Below, in pieces: positions 23,601-35,934 of a DNA stretch of 64,000 nucleotides. Each line of letters starts with the position of its first letter. Position 1 is the stretch's first letter. The position numbers were made by a program, and so were the translations under genes. Source of the stretch: Azolla caroliniana (Eukaryota > Plantae > Polypodiophyta); NCBI GenBank assembly GCA_043228905.1, contig JBHGNT010000018.1, positions 14,880,001 to 14,944,000 of the forward strand, in the 5' to 3' direction. The notes under the pieces are model-generated. The model did no database searches. It had not been told where the DNA came from and was given only the letters and a program-made list of their open reading frames with translations.

Positions 23601-25047
23601 TTGGGCCTTGCAGTATTCCTCGAACTGCCCTTTATATTCGCCACCATTGTCGGTTCAGACAACCTTCAACTTCCGACCCGACTCCCGTTCGGTGCTTGCC
23701 TGGAACTCCTTGAAGAATGATAGTACTTGATCTTTTGACTTTAGTACAAAAGCCAACAACTTCCAACTATAGTCATCGATGAAGGTCACAAAGTATTGTC
23801 CACCTCGGTATGAGGGAGCATGTACATAGCACACATCCATATGTACTAGTTCTAGTGGCACTTCTCTTCTCCTTGGTGGTTTAGAATGGAATGTTGCTCT
23901 GATCTGCTTTCCAAACAGGCAGTCGACGCACTTCTCTAGGTGCACTCCCTTAACCTCTGGTAGAAGCTTGTGGTTGGCCAACAGATGCAGTCCCTTCTCA
24001 CTCATGTGGCCTAGCCTCTTATGTCATATCTGTTCTATTGATTCAGCTACCACATTCACTTCCGACTTGCACAGTCGGGCTTGCACATGTGTACCTTCTT
24101 TTTGTGCTCGGGCCACTATAAGATTTCATCGGCAGAATTTCCACTTCCCGTTTCGGAAACTACCATTGTAGCCTTTGTCTTCAAATCTTTCTATCGATAT
24201 CAGATTCAATCTAATGTGGGGGACATGTTGAACATCCTTCAGAGTCAGTCGACACCCTGTCGACATCGTCAAACAAACACTTCCGACTCCGGCTATCTTG
24301 CACTCCCTATTGTCACCCATTTTTACATGACCATGATCCCCAACTATGTAAGTCGAGAAATGCTCTCTCTACGGAGTTATGTGGAAAGATGCACCGGAGT
24401 CGATCACCCAAGTGCATTCCTCACTCTCTAGGTTTGCACTTTCCTGTTCATAGATGAACAGAAGTCCTTCACTGCTTGTAGCAATGGTTGAAGTGTCCTT
24501 TTCATAAGGAAACTTCCTAGGTTCGACACCATTGTCCTTTCTCATGTGTCAGTAGTCCTTCTGGAAGTGTCCAGGTTTTCCACAATAGAAGCATGTTAGC
24601 TTACCTCTGGACATCGACCTGGCTTGAGAGTTTTCACTCCTTGGTGGACTCCTTTGTAGCTTTCTTCCTCTGCTGGTATGTTGAGTCAAATTCGACTCCG
24701 ACTGGACTAGGACACCCTTGTCCTTCCTTCTTGCATCCTCCTTTAGGATGCTTGTCTTCACCGTTTGTAAGGACAATTTCTCTTCTTGACAGGAGGTGCT
24801 GAGAGTAACCACCAGATTCACCCAACTATCCAATAGTGTGCACATCAGTAGGATGGCCTACATAGCATCATCAAGGGGAAACTTCGTTGCGGCAAGTTGG
24901 TTTACATACCCCATGAATGTGCTTATGTGTTCGACGATGCTCGCACCGTCTATGTATTTCAGCCATACGATCTTTCTCATCAATGAGGTTTTATTGAGGG
25001 CGGGCTTCCTCTCATATAGACCCAATAGCTTCTTGAAAATGTCAACG
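20618..25047 (-). mobile_element. Decayed Ty1/copia element with 3' LTR (20618-21263), truncated in gag
   Basis: PPT complement cccccttcactcc next to 21263. Minus-strand RNase H, RT (YVDDM), integrase, protease and gag knuckle CFYCGKPGHFQKD fragments. Confidence 0.9.
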
Positions 25048-25380
25048 TGAGGACATAATGCAAGATCCAAATGTGGTAGAATGCGCGAGCTCCCAAGAAC
25101 CTCTGGACTTTTGTAACCGACCTGTAGTCTCCCAAGGTGTCGTCGAAAGAGACCGCCTCCGCGGTTCCACCAATCTCATTGTCGGGGCCTAGGGCTCCGC
25201 ACGCCCTGAGACGTCCCTCCGCCCGTTTCTTCTCTTGGCCGCTAATGCCGGTTATTGTACAACCTCCGTTGTTGGAGAACCAAAACTTCCTATCTATAGT
25301 ACAGGGTCTCCTTCCTATGGTGCACGTGTGTGGTGTTTCTGGCGTGTCCGGACTATCGCGCCCCCACGCCTTGATAACCC
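25048..25380 (-). mobile_element. LTR-like fragment with adjacent purine-rich tract
   Basis: Minus strand gggttatcaaggcgtgggggcg is followed by non-coding LTR-like sequence ending ...tca at 25048, where it interrupts the neighbouring gag. Confidence 0.35.
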
Positions 25381-25383
25381 TCT

Positions 25384-28300
25384 CTAAAAATCCCTTCGGC
25401 TTTCGCCGCCGAGGGTTGTCTCCAACTCCCCTCCGATTTCCAAACCTTTCAAGACATCAGCCCATGTCCGTGTCTCGGTCTTTCCGGCTTGGACTTCCCC
25501 TTTTTCAGTTGGCTCCGGCTTGGTCTCTCCATTCTGGTGGCTCCCCTTGCGTCCGGTCTCGGCGTTCTCGGCCAACCCATGCACTCTGACTTCTTCAGTC
25601 GGGCCGAAATCAAAATTGGTTTCCAACTCTGCTTTTCGGTCGTCTTCCTCATTCCTCCTTTTATTCGTCCCCCTCAAGTTCAGTATATCAAGGTATTGCA
25701 CACCCAGTGCACCAGAAAATTGCCACAACTTGTCTAAGCCGAGGGATTTGGTGAAGATATCGGCCACCTGCCGATCCGTCGAAACATGCAGCAGTTCCAC
25801 TTCACCGGAGAGAACGTCCTCGTGAACAAAATGGTAGTGCACCTCGATGTGCTTTGTCCAGGCGTGAAAGACAGAGTTCTTAGCCAACTAGATGCAACTG
25901 AGGTTAACGCAATAGATCATCGTCGGATCGGATACCTCCACACACAGATCCTTGAGTAGTCGTTTTAGCCATATGGCTTCGCACGTTGCGACAATCGCTC
26001 CTCGGTACTTGTCCTTGGTGCTCAACAATGCTACTGTCAATTGCTTTTTACTACGGCAATTCCAAGTGAAAACGCATAGCCAGAAGTTGACCGTCGATCG
26101 CCGGCATTTCCGGCCCAATCGGCATCCATATAACCAACTAATTGTCTGGCTATACTGGTCTGATATAGTAACCCACTGTCCTTAGTGCCACTGACATCTT
26201 TGAGTATACGGTGAGTGCACTGAAGGTCTGCATGGTCCGATGCACCATAAATTGAGTAATCAATCCGACCAGATAGTTGAGATCCAGTCGGGTGATGGTC
26301 AAATATATGAGGCTTCCGACTATTTGTCAGAACCTTTTCGAGTCGCATGCCATTCCGGAGTCGGGGCAAAGCTTCACATTCCGGTCTAGAGCAGTCGAGA
26401 CGGATTTGCATTCTATCATACCGGATTTGAAGAGCATACTCAACACATAATGTCATTGGCAGATCAATATGCCTTCGGGGTTGTGGATCACTTCGATCCC
26501 GAGGAAGTAATGGAGGTCACCGAGATCCAACATTTCGAATGATACTACGAGCTAGAATTTGACACGGTTGATTTCGTCTAGGTCGGCGCCGATGATGACA
26601 AGATCATTCACATAGAGCAATATGCTCACTGGCCCGTTCCGACCTTGCCAGATGAAGAGACAAGAGTCTGATTTTGACGGAGCAAACCCCATCCAACGTA
26701 GTCTTTGCGTTCCAAGCGTGCGGGGCTTGCTTGAGTCCATAGAGGGACTTCTTCAATCGGCATACAGTCGACGTGTTCACTCCAAACTAAAATACGGGGG
26801 GCCGAACCATAAACACATGTTCCTCAAGATTACCTTGCAGGAACACGTTTATCACACCCATCTGATGTAGATGCCACCCCTTCGCCGCTACCACCCCAAG
26901 TAGGACACGGATGGTCGTCATCCTTGCGACCATCGCGAACGTCTCATCGTAATCAATGTCATGCTATTGCGAGTAGCCTTTGGCCACTAACTGGGCATTG
27001 TACCTGTTGACGGAACCATCGGTGTCGTATTTAACCTTGTATACCCATTGACAACCGATTGGCGTCACTCCTTTTGGTACGTCCACTAAATCCTACGTCT
27101 CATTTTCTGTGAGTGCGTGCATCTCTTCCTCCATAATGGCATGCCAATTTGCATCCTTGGCCGCTTCTGCATAGCTCTCCGGCTCTCACACTATCGCCAC
27201 CTTCGTCATGTACGCATAATGATGCGCCATATATTCATTATACCCGTACCTCTTCATGGAGTTCTTCTGGCGGGTAGATCAGCGCAATTCCTTATTCACG
27301 GATTTCGTGGCCTTCTTGGCCGACTCACACTTCTCTTCCGAAGGTCCATCTCTATTTTGTTCGGAGTTGGATTCGCTCCGATCTTACTCATCTCTGTCGG
27401 TGTCATACTCCAGCATCTTCTTCTTCCCTTTTTCTTTTCTTCTCCTTTTCTTTGCGCGTGAACTGTCTCCTCGGTTCCTTACGCGAGGACAATACGGCTG
27501 ACTTTCCACTACTCGTTGGCTCGTCATCCATTTGACCACTTCGGCTCAACCAGTTCGGATTTGGTCCACTCATTCGGAGAGAAGTCACACTATCCGGTTG
27601 TTTGGAATCCGCGACGATTCTCTCTATTCCGAATTCCACTAGATCATCAATAACAATCGGCTCGGGCTCGGATGGAGAGAAGTCCAAGATGCCGATTCAT
27701 CAAAAATGACATCTCAGTTGACTCAGACCACTTTTGATCGGGGGTTATAACACTTATAACCCATAACCCTTCTGTTCATCCGAGTAGCCGCTGAGAATGC
27801 ACTTTTCGGCTTTCCCGTCTAACTTCCTCCGTTTTTCCTTCGTACATGCACATATGCAATGCTACCGAATACCGGAAGGTGTGGCAAATTCGGCTTCCAC
27901 TTGAAATACAATTCGTGCGGTGACATCTTTGTCCCTGAGGCAAATATCCGATTTAGGATGTAGACGGCTGTCTGAATTTCTTCGGCCCAATAAAACTTGG
28001 GCATGCTTTTCTCCTCAACCATCGTCCTTGCATCTTCTAGCAACGTCTTATTTCGACACTCGTCCACGCCCTTCTACTCTAGCGTGTATCTACAAGAGAA
28101 TTACCATCAGATTCCCTTCATCTACAGATAACTCATGAACCGGCCGGAAAAGTACTCTTTTCCGCCATCTGATCTCAAACACTTGATCTTGCTTCTAGTC
28201 TCACGTTCGACAAGGTTCTTCAAATCCCGGAAGCATGAGAAGACTTCGTTTTTCTTCTCGATTAGATAGATCCAAGTGTACCAGGTGAAATCGTTGATGA

Positions 28301-30502
28301 AGGAGACAAAATATCGAGTCCCGCCGATGCTCACGTTCTGTGCCGATTCCCAGACATTTGAGTGGATAAGATCAAGCTGATTCTGGCTCCGATTCTTCTC
28401 ATTCAGGAACAGAAGCCTATGTTGCTTCCCGCGTTGGCATGCTTCAAAGATTTGGCCTATTTAGCCACTGAACTTTGGCAGTCCGGAAACCACGTGTTTC
28501 GATTGCAGCTCCTGAAGCTTCTAGAAATTGATCTGGCCGATTTTCTTGTGCCACAGGTCGATATCCGACTCGACCATCTACCCTTTCGCGAACATAGTGG
28601 TACCCACATCATTCCTTTCGAGGATAAACATCCTCCCATCTTGGCGCCATTGTGCAATGACATTGCCCTCTTCTTCGATGATGCACCCGAGGTGAGTGAA
28701 TGGATCCTACATCCCTTGATCGACAAGTTGTCTAACTGACACGAGATTCTTTGTGATTGATGGGACGTGCATGACGTTCATCAGCTTTCCCTTTTGCCTA
28801 ACATGGCTGAGAGGGACCTCACCGATGTGCTCGATGGTATAAGAAGTGTCGTCTCCGGTTTCGACAACTCTCGGTTGCTCCGGTTTTTCCAGGAATGGAA
28901 ACCATTCTTCGTAGCTCGTCATATGGTTCGACGTTCCAAAGTCAACACACCACACTTCCTTTGAACTAGAAGTGGTCTTTTTCATCGAGTTAGCCTTGTG
29001 TTTAATCACAAAGGTTGGGCATGTTCCATTTCCGGAACCGGATCCTTCCGGTTCTTCTACATAGTGTGAGCTTTGACGACTTCCCCGTCCGGCCTTGCTA
29101 GATCCGGACTTGTCCGAATCGGTACACTTTTTCCAACACTTGCTCTCTCTATGACCCTTCTGGACACAATACCAACATTCCGTTCCGGTCTTCTCTTGCT
29201 GATTTCCGGCGCCGCTTTGACTCCCCCTGCTTCCCAAGGGTTCAGAACTATTGTCGGCACCATCCTTGTGCCTTCGGTTCAGCTCTTGTCAACCGTTTCC
29301 ACCGTGTGCCGATCCGCCTCGTCCGCCACAACCACGGGGCCGATCCGCCTCCGTGTATAGCATCTTGTTGTCGGTGTGTGTGCTCATCGACACACCCTCA
29401 TGGTTCTCCTCTTCAAGGAGCATCGACTTTAAGTCGAAAAACGAGGGTGTATTCTTCCTTTTACATACTACAGTCCGAAATGCTCTGAACTTTGACGCAA
29501 GGCCCCCAAGACAAACCTTCACCATCTCACCTTCCTCGATGGTCATGTTGATGGAGGCAAGCGAGTTGTAGATGTCAATTATATTCGTGGGATTCACGAA
29601 ATAAACTATACTCGTGGGATTCAATAGGTTTCTATATCTCTCTCTTTCAATCCAAATTCATATTCTTATCTTAATATTGATTAATCTAATAAAATACATT
29701 ATAATCGTGGGATTCACGAGGTTTTTATATCTCTTTCTTAAAATCTATTAATAACTAGATTCGTCTCAAATACTTCCTCCTCCTAGTTCAAAACCCCAGC
29801 GATTCCCACCCGACTCACACAAACGATCTGGCGCCGAAAGGCACGACACCGTATCATTAGCTCCGTCGACATAACTCCAGTAGCCATGCCCAAGCAGGTA
29901 TTAGTGCATCTTGGACAACCAAGACGCATAGTTAGATCTGTCGAGCTTCTCCGTCGGGAGCGAGCTAGCCATTCCTCGGTCCATATTCTTCTTTTGTATG
30001 TTCTTTACCAAGTGTTAGGGTCTGTCTTTAGAAAAAAAAGTGCATGTCGGCTGTAGAGGTTCTCAACCCTCGCGCTTTGATACCATTTAAAAGAATATGA
30101 TTGCGGACGCTAAGACAAAACCAGATCGTCTAGATACCTAAAGAATACAGACGCAGGTTTAATGGAAACCTTACACGGTAGAGACAGATTTAGAGCAAAA
30201 CACAGAAAACATGTATCTTCCAAAACACTAAAAACTCTTTGTACATACAACACTTTTATACAACTCCTTAAAAGGACTGACAAGTACTTCAATGCTCATA
30301 CGAGCAACTGACACTGACTCCTAAAAATATACCTTAGTACTAGGCTAGATTCGTAGGCCTCTAACGGCCTATCGGTTAAAATCTGATACGGCTCCTAGTT
30401 CCAGATACCATCCAGACACCGATCCAGTTTTTCATTCTGAACTTCGATTCGGCTCTCGCTTGTTCAGCTGATCCAGATCCGGTTGAGCTTGTCCACTCAA
30501 CA
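25384..30502 (-). mobile_element. Decayed Ty1/copia element (family B) with 5' LTR (about 30088-30502) and Met-tRNA PBS
   Basis: PBS tggtatcaaagc (30085-30074). gag start MASSLPTEKLDRSNYASW near 29972, knuckle CWYCVQKGHRESKC, protease VDFGTS, integrase RSDGGKEY, RT YVNDL, RNase H TKHIEVHYHF. Confidence 0.9.
29567..29848. mobile_element. Short solo-LTR-like insertion (TG...CA) replacing part of gag
   Basis: tgtagatg...cacgaca ends; AT-rich interior with three cgtgggattca motifs; gag sequence on both sides with a segment missing. Confidence 0.45.
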
Positions 30503-32980
30503 AAACTTGTATTTGTGGTAACCACTTGTTGGCGAAGAGTTGGAGCAGAAGGTCATTGCCTCTGTGTCTACCTTGTATCTTATTTCCTTTCCTTAGTGAT
30601 TCAATTTGGAGTCTGTGGACTCCCGTGGTTTCGCATCTCGAGGTTTTCCACGTTAACATACCGCATCGACTTATTCCTATATAAGTGCATCAATCTCCTA
30701 TTTCTTATTATGTTTCTTCCATTGTGAGTTTGGAACTCGGTTGTGGCCGAGTGCGATTCTTCTCAATTTATATGCAACAATCAGAAGGATTCATCAAGAA
30801 GGAGAAGGAGAACCTAGTATACTAGTTGAGGAAGAGTCTTTACGGACACAAGCAGGCTCCCCGACAATGCTACTGGAATCTCAAATCCTTCATGACCGAC
30901 CAAGGATACCAAAAGATGCAGGCCGATCACTACATATTTGTGATGAAGTTCGGCGGAAGAGACTTCCTCATCCTCGTATTGTACGTAGACCATATGCTGA
31001 TTGTCGAACGGGACCATATGAATCAGAATGCTAAAGAACTGTTACGAGCATGACCATATAATATCCCGTGGTGAGAATTTACCATAGTATTCTATACACG
31101 TGGATAAAGTGTGCGGGTTAAACGAGAGTGTAAAGAAGGGGAGGATTACTTTTAATTTTCGGGATTGAGACAACCCATTAGGCCAAGTGTGAACTTGCCT
31201 GGGAGCCTTAGGTCTAGCAATAAATATGAGGCCTAGCTACCCTCATTTGACACATTATCGACTACATCAAGACTCTGGCAATGGGGTGGGTCAAATCTTG
31301 TAGTAAGCGCGCCAGCACCAGGTACAACTCGACGCCACGATGGTGGTATGGGACGCCGATCGAGGCTCGAGTCTGTCTCGGTTCCTTCACTCAGGGGTGG
31401 TCAGGTGGATTGGCACCCTTCTTTCTCTCTCTCCTTTCTTATTTTCTATCTTTTATCCTTATCATATGCTTACATTAGTAGAAGGCCTTGAGCAAGTCTT
31501 TCGCAATGAAGGATATGGGTCTAGCAAGGCAAATCCTCGGGATGCACATAGTTCAGGATCTGACAAAGAGGTTATTATGGTTGCCATGAAGAAGTACGTG
31601 ACAAAGGCGTGCCAGAGGTTCAACATTGAAAACGCAAAGTCGGTCGACTTGACACTGCCAACCAAAAACAAACTATCTGATAAACAATGTCCTAAGAAAA
31701 AGACGGAAAAGGCTGAGATAAGTAAGGTCCTGTATGCCTCAACAGTCAAAAGCCTGATGTATGCGATGGTATGTACTAGACCAGACATCGGATATGCAAT
31801 TGGAGTGGTCAGCCGGTTCATGAGCAATCCGAGCAGAGAGCATTGGGCTACAATCAAATGGATACTCTGGTACCTGAGAGGCACCTCGAGTGTGTGCCTC
31901 CAATTCAGCTCAGGTAACCCTTTGTAAGAAGGTTTTACTAATTCAGACATGTCAGCCGATGTGGATACCAGCCGGTCCAGGTTTGGATATGTCATGACCT
32001 ATGCAGGGGGAGCCATCTCATGGCAATCGAGGTTGAAGAAGGCCATTGGCGTTGTCAACCACGGAAGTGGAGTATATGGCTACAGTAGAAGTCGGCAAGG
32101 AGATAATCTGGATGGAGTTCATTGGAGAATTGGGGATTCGGGAAGAAGAATTCCGACTCTACTTCAACAACCAAAGTGCCATCCACCTTATGAAGAATGT
32201 TGCCTACCACTCAAGGACCAAGCACATCCAGAGGAGATTCCATTGGCTTCAGGCGAGGGTAGAAGAGAAAGACTTTGCTCTAATGAAGATCTACACGACG
32301 GAGAATGGATGGGACATGCTGACAACGGTGTTGTCGGCAGAGAAGCTGGACACGTGCTACAGACGAGTTGGTTTGACGGAGCACCCCATGCTGGAGTCAA
32401 GGGGGATTTTGTTAGGAAACAAGTCCCCCTATATGGGAAGTAAGCAGAAGCCAGATTAGAGTCAGATTAGAGTCCGAAGAGCCAACCTTGGACAAGAAGT
32501 CAGAACCGGATGGAGGATATGAGCCAGATCAGAACACGCATCCAAAAATGTCCATATTTGTAAATAGGTTTTGTTGTGCCTATTGGGCCAGAATTATAAA
32601 TAGCCGTAAAGTTGTATAGTATAAATACAATTAGGGAAAATCATTAGATTGTGATGAATTGTTATTGTTGGTAGTTGAATCTGTAACTGAGTGGTGTAGG
32701 AGAGTAAGAGAGTGTTGTAACTCTGTTGTAACCATCATTTGACGAAGAGGAATTCAATGTTGTTGCCTTGTAGTCTTTTGTGTATATTCCTCTTACCATA
32801 GTGATATAGTTTGAGGTTTGTGGACTTTCGTGTTTTTTTCCCTTTCCGGGTTTTCCATGTAAAATACTTGTGTCTTTGTACCTTGGTCTTTCCGTGTTTT
32901 TTTATTTCTGCCATTTCGATCTTTGCACCCACATTTGCACAGGGATTAAAGATTTCAGGATAGGGATTAAAGATTTCAAC
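30503..32980 (+). mobile_element. Rearranged copia family A fragment: LTR 3' part, RT/RNase H, PPT and 3' LTR from 32410
   Basis: KSLYG.KQAPRQ, YVDHM, TRPDIGYAIGVVS, HSRTKHIQ. PPT aaggggga precedes tgttaggaaac. Right boundary approximate. Confidence 0.8.
31040..31479 (+). mobile_element. Solo LTR (family C), 3' end slightly truncated, inserted in copia RT
   Basis: Highly similar to 34901-35512; flanked by agaac / agaag (probable 5-bp TSD). Confidence 0.8.
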
Positions 32981-33516
32981 TAGGAGGATGCAACTCAGTA
33001 CTACACTTGGCACATACCGGAGGATGTGCAGGTTTGGTGGGGGTGGATGTCGCGATGTTTTCAACACATAGTGTGAAACCACCATTAGAAGAGAATAAAC
33101 TAGTAGTTCAAACAAACTAATATTACAAAGTTAACTTTTGTAATAAACGATAAAAAGATAGGAACAATTTTTCGAAAGTAAAAAAAAAAAAGTAGATAAA
33201 AAAGAAGGGAAAAAAAACGCAAGGCGTGGAATTGAGGAGCAAGGTAGAGAAAGAAGCTCATAATGTCTTTATCCGATGTCCAAATTAGAAACGAAAAGAT
33301 TCATAAGAAAGCTAACACAAAGGGCTTTCCAAAAATATCTTGTATGTCGAATTTGGGATTACAAAAAGAAATAGAAATAGAAATAAAAGTTGACTCATAT
33401 AGACAAACTGTTTTTTAGGGAAAAGAAAAGCAAACCATAGAAAACTTATAAATAAGAGTTATTCTTAATAAGAAGAGGGAGAGATGGATGGGCATTTGAA
33501 GAAAAAAAAGATTTAT

Positions 33517-33698
33517 GTTTCCTCTCTCATACTCTTATACCCCAAAAGGGGAGATAGAAAAAGTAAATCATGTAACAAAATAAGTCCATTAGATTGATGA
33601 TCTAGTAATAAGTCCATTAGATCTAATGGACTTATTTTGTTACATGATTTACTTTTTCTATCTCCCCTTTTGGGGTATAAGAGTATGAGAGAGGAAAC
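33517..33698. repeat. Perfect 78-bp inverted repeat with 26-nt loop
   Basis: Arm 33517-33594 is the reverse complement of 33621-33698. Confidence 0.92.
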
Positions 33699-34784
33699 TT
33701 TCCATGTTTCCTCTCTCATACTCTCGTACTTTAACTTTGCTTATGTATTAGTATTCTTAAGTGTTATTCATACTCTCTTACTCTAAGATTTTCTTACTTA
33801 TTAGCATAATTAAGTATTATTCGATCTTGCATACTCTCTTACTCAAAGATTTGTTTATGCATAAATATAATTAAGTATTATTCAATCTCTCATACTATCC
33901 TACTCTTATTCAAGAGAAATATATTGTCTTAAAACTTAAAGAAGTGCATAAATCATTTAGCCCTAAATCCTTTTGGTCTAGAACCTTGGGGGTTCCACAT
34001 CGCAATCCGCACTAGCTGGTGGATTTTCACAACACAATTCCCAGTGAGGACCGCACATGGTCGCTCACGTTCACTCGTGGTCCATTCTCCGGTGAGGACT
34101 GCTCATGATCAGCCACTCCTCAACCTACTCTGGTTTTCTCTTTCAGCTCACCCCTACACCACATTTCCGAAAAGGCAGTCGTAAAGGGGAGGATAATGTC
34201 ATGGACATGACAACAATAATGTCGAGATTCGAACTCTTCACCTCTTGTATATAGTCAAGTGTTATGTTCTAACCAACACATCCAAATACATGGTCATATT
34301 ATGTATATCTTAGTATATTATTATTAGATCATCTATATCTCAAGTTCTAGGAGTTTTAAGAAAGTTCTAGAACTAGACGGTTCTAGAGGGTTCTAGAATA
34401 TTCCACCAGATATTCTCCAGAATATTCTAATGCATGTACTTCAACTCGCAATATAAATACTTGTAACCTCCTTAGTCCCTTTCAAGGGATTCAACACTAG
34501 TCATTGACACATCAATCTAGTATTCTCATTTCGCCCCATCTTGTCTCATTGATCTTTATCATTGTCTTTATGCTCTTGTGTTGTTCCCATCTTCTTAAGT
34601 TCCACGCTCTTAGCCCCATCATCCTGCTCCGTCTAAGTTTGCGGTTGGTGTGTCTGCAACACCAGACCGACTTGGCCTTCTGTTCTCGGATTTTGCTGAT
34701 TCGAACAAAACCGATATGTTCGATAACTTTGTATAATCTATAACTCTAATTTATTCTTTTTATAGAATTTTGGTGTATATGCCC

Positions 34785-35660
34785 ATTACGAGGGAGTGTT
34801 GAATACAGGTCTCTAATGGCCGTATTCACACTATTCCTTTGGACAATCTAGGTTTAGGACATCTCTGTAACTATGTCAAAGGGCAGTTGCCCTAGCCCAG
34901 TGTTACGGGCATGACCATATAATATCCCGTGGTGAGAATTTACCGTAGTATTCTATACACATGGATAAGTGTGAGGGTTAAAATGAGAGTGTAAAGAAGG
35001 GGAGGATTACTTTTAATCCTCGGGATTGAGACAACCCATTAGGCCAAGTGTGAACTTGCTTGGGGGCCTTGGGTTTCGCTATAAATAAGAGACCAACTAC
35101 CCTCATTTGATTATCTTGTTGACTACGTCGAGACTCTGTCTTGTGGTGGGTCAACTCTTTTAGCGAGCACGCCAACACCAGGTACGACTCGACGCCACGG
35201 CGGTGGTATGGGACGCTGATCGAGCCTCGAGTCCGTCTCGATCCCTTCGCTCGGGGGTGGTCGGGTGGATCGGCACCCTACGTCGAGACTCTGTCTTGTG
35301 GTGGGTCAACTCTTTTAGCGAGCACGCCAACACCAGGTACGACTCGACGCCACGGCGGTGGTATGGGACGCCGATCGAGGCTCGAGTCCGTCTCGATCCC
35401 TTCGCTCGGGGGTGGTCGGGTGGATCGGCACCCTTCTTTCTCTCTCTCCTTTCTATCTATTTATTTATTTTCTATCCTTATCTAATGCTTACATTAGTCT
35501 ATGTCTCTAACACCCAGTTAGTATATAACGGGCTTTGTAACCTAGTTCAAAATGTTGTTGCTATTGTTAGAGAGTTGTTGCCTCCATTTTATTGTAACCA
35601 TTTCTAAATAAGAACTGACAGTTACATTGTGTGCCTCTCTCTCTCTCTCTCTCTCTTTTT
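34785..35660 (+). mobile_element. Old PPT plus 3' LTR of a relative of the intact copia, split by a solo LTR
   Basis: attacgagggag|tgttgaatacagg at 34797 matches the intact element's PPT/LTR start attacgggggag|tgtcgaatacaag. Similarity resumes after 35517, ending tgtgcctctctc. Confidence 0.7.
34901..35512 (+). mobile_element. Solo LTR (family C) with 155-bp internal tandem duplication
   Basis: tgtta...taaca termini; TSD cccag (34896-34900, 35513-35517); duplication 35124-35278 / 35279-35433; TATA-like tataaat near 35080. Confidence 0.88.
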
Positions 35661-35754
35661 ATCGTAATTAGCTTACCCTAGTGGTAAGTCGATAACACTA
35701 CAAACACCGTGTCTTGGGTTCGAAACCCAATTTCCTCACCTCTCTATTATATAC

Positions 35755-35934
35755 TTCATCTCAATTTCACTAGATGCCACTGTGGAATGTAGGGATTGAA
35801 CCCATGACCACCTGGTCTCCATTGGGCAACCTTACCAACTGAGCTACATACATCTCTCTCTCTCTCTCTCTCTTCATCTCAATTTCACTAGATGCCACTG
35901 TGGAATGTAGGGGTTGAACCCATGACCACCTGGT
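35755..35934 (-). repeat. Tandem tRNA-derived SINE-like units with (GA)n flanks; the second unit is split by the copia insertion and finishes at 41455-41515
   Basis: Minus strand gtagctcagttggtaagg (A box) ... gggttcaatccc (B box). The two units are near-identical and each abuts a (tc)n run. Confidence 0.65.

Noticed and set aside
34901-35512. Cassandra TRIM (5S) or retrozyme LTR
   Set aside because: No 5S rRNA core and no CUGAUGA...GAAA hammerhead core visible.
35669-35852. Functional tRNA genes
   Set aside because: A and B boxes are present, but I could not form a convincing cloverleaf or anticodon arm; treated as SINE-like.
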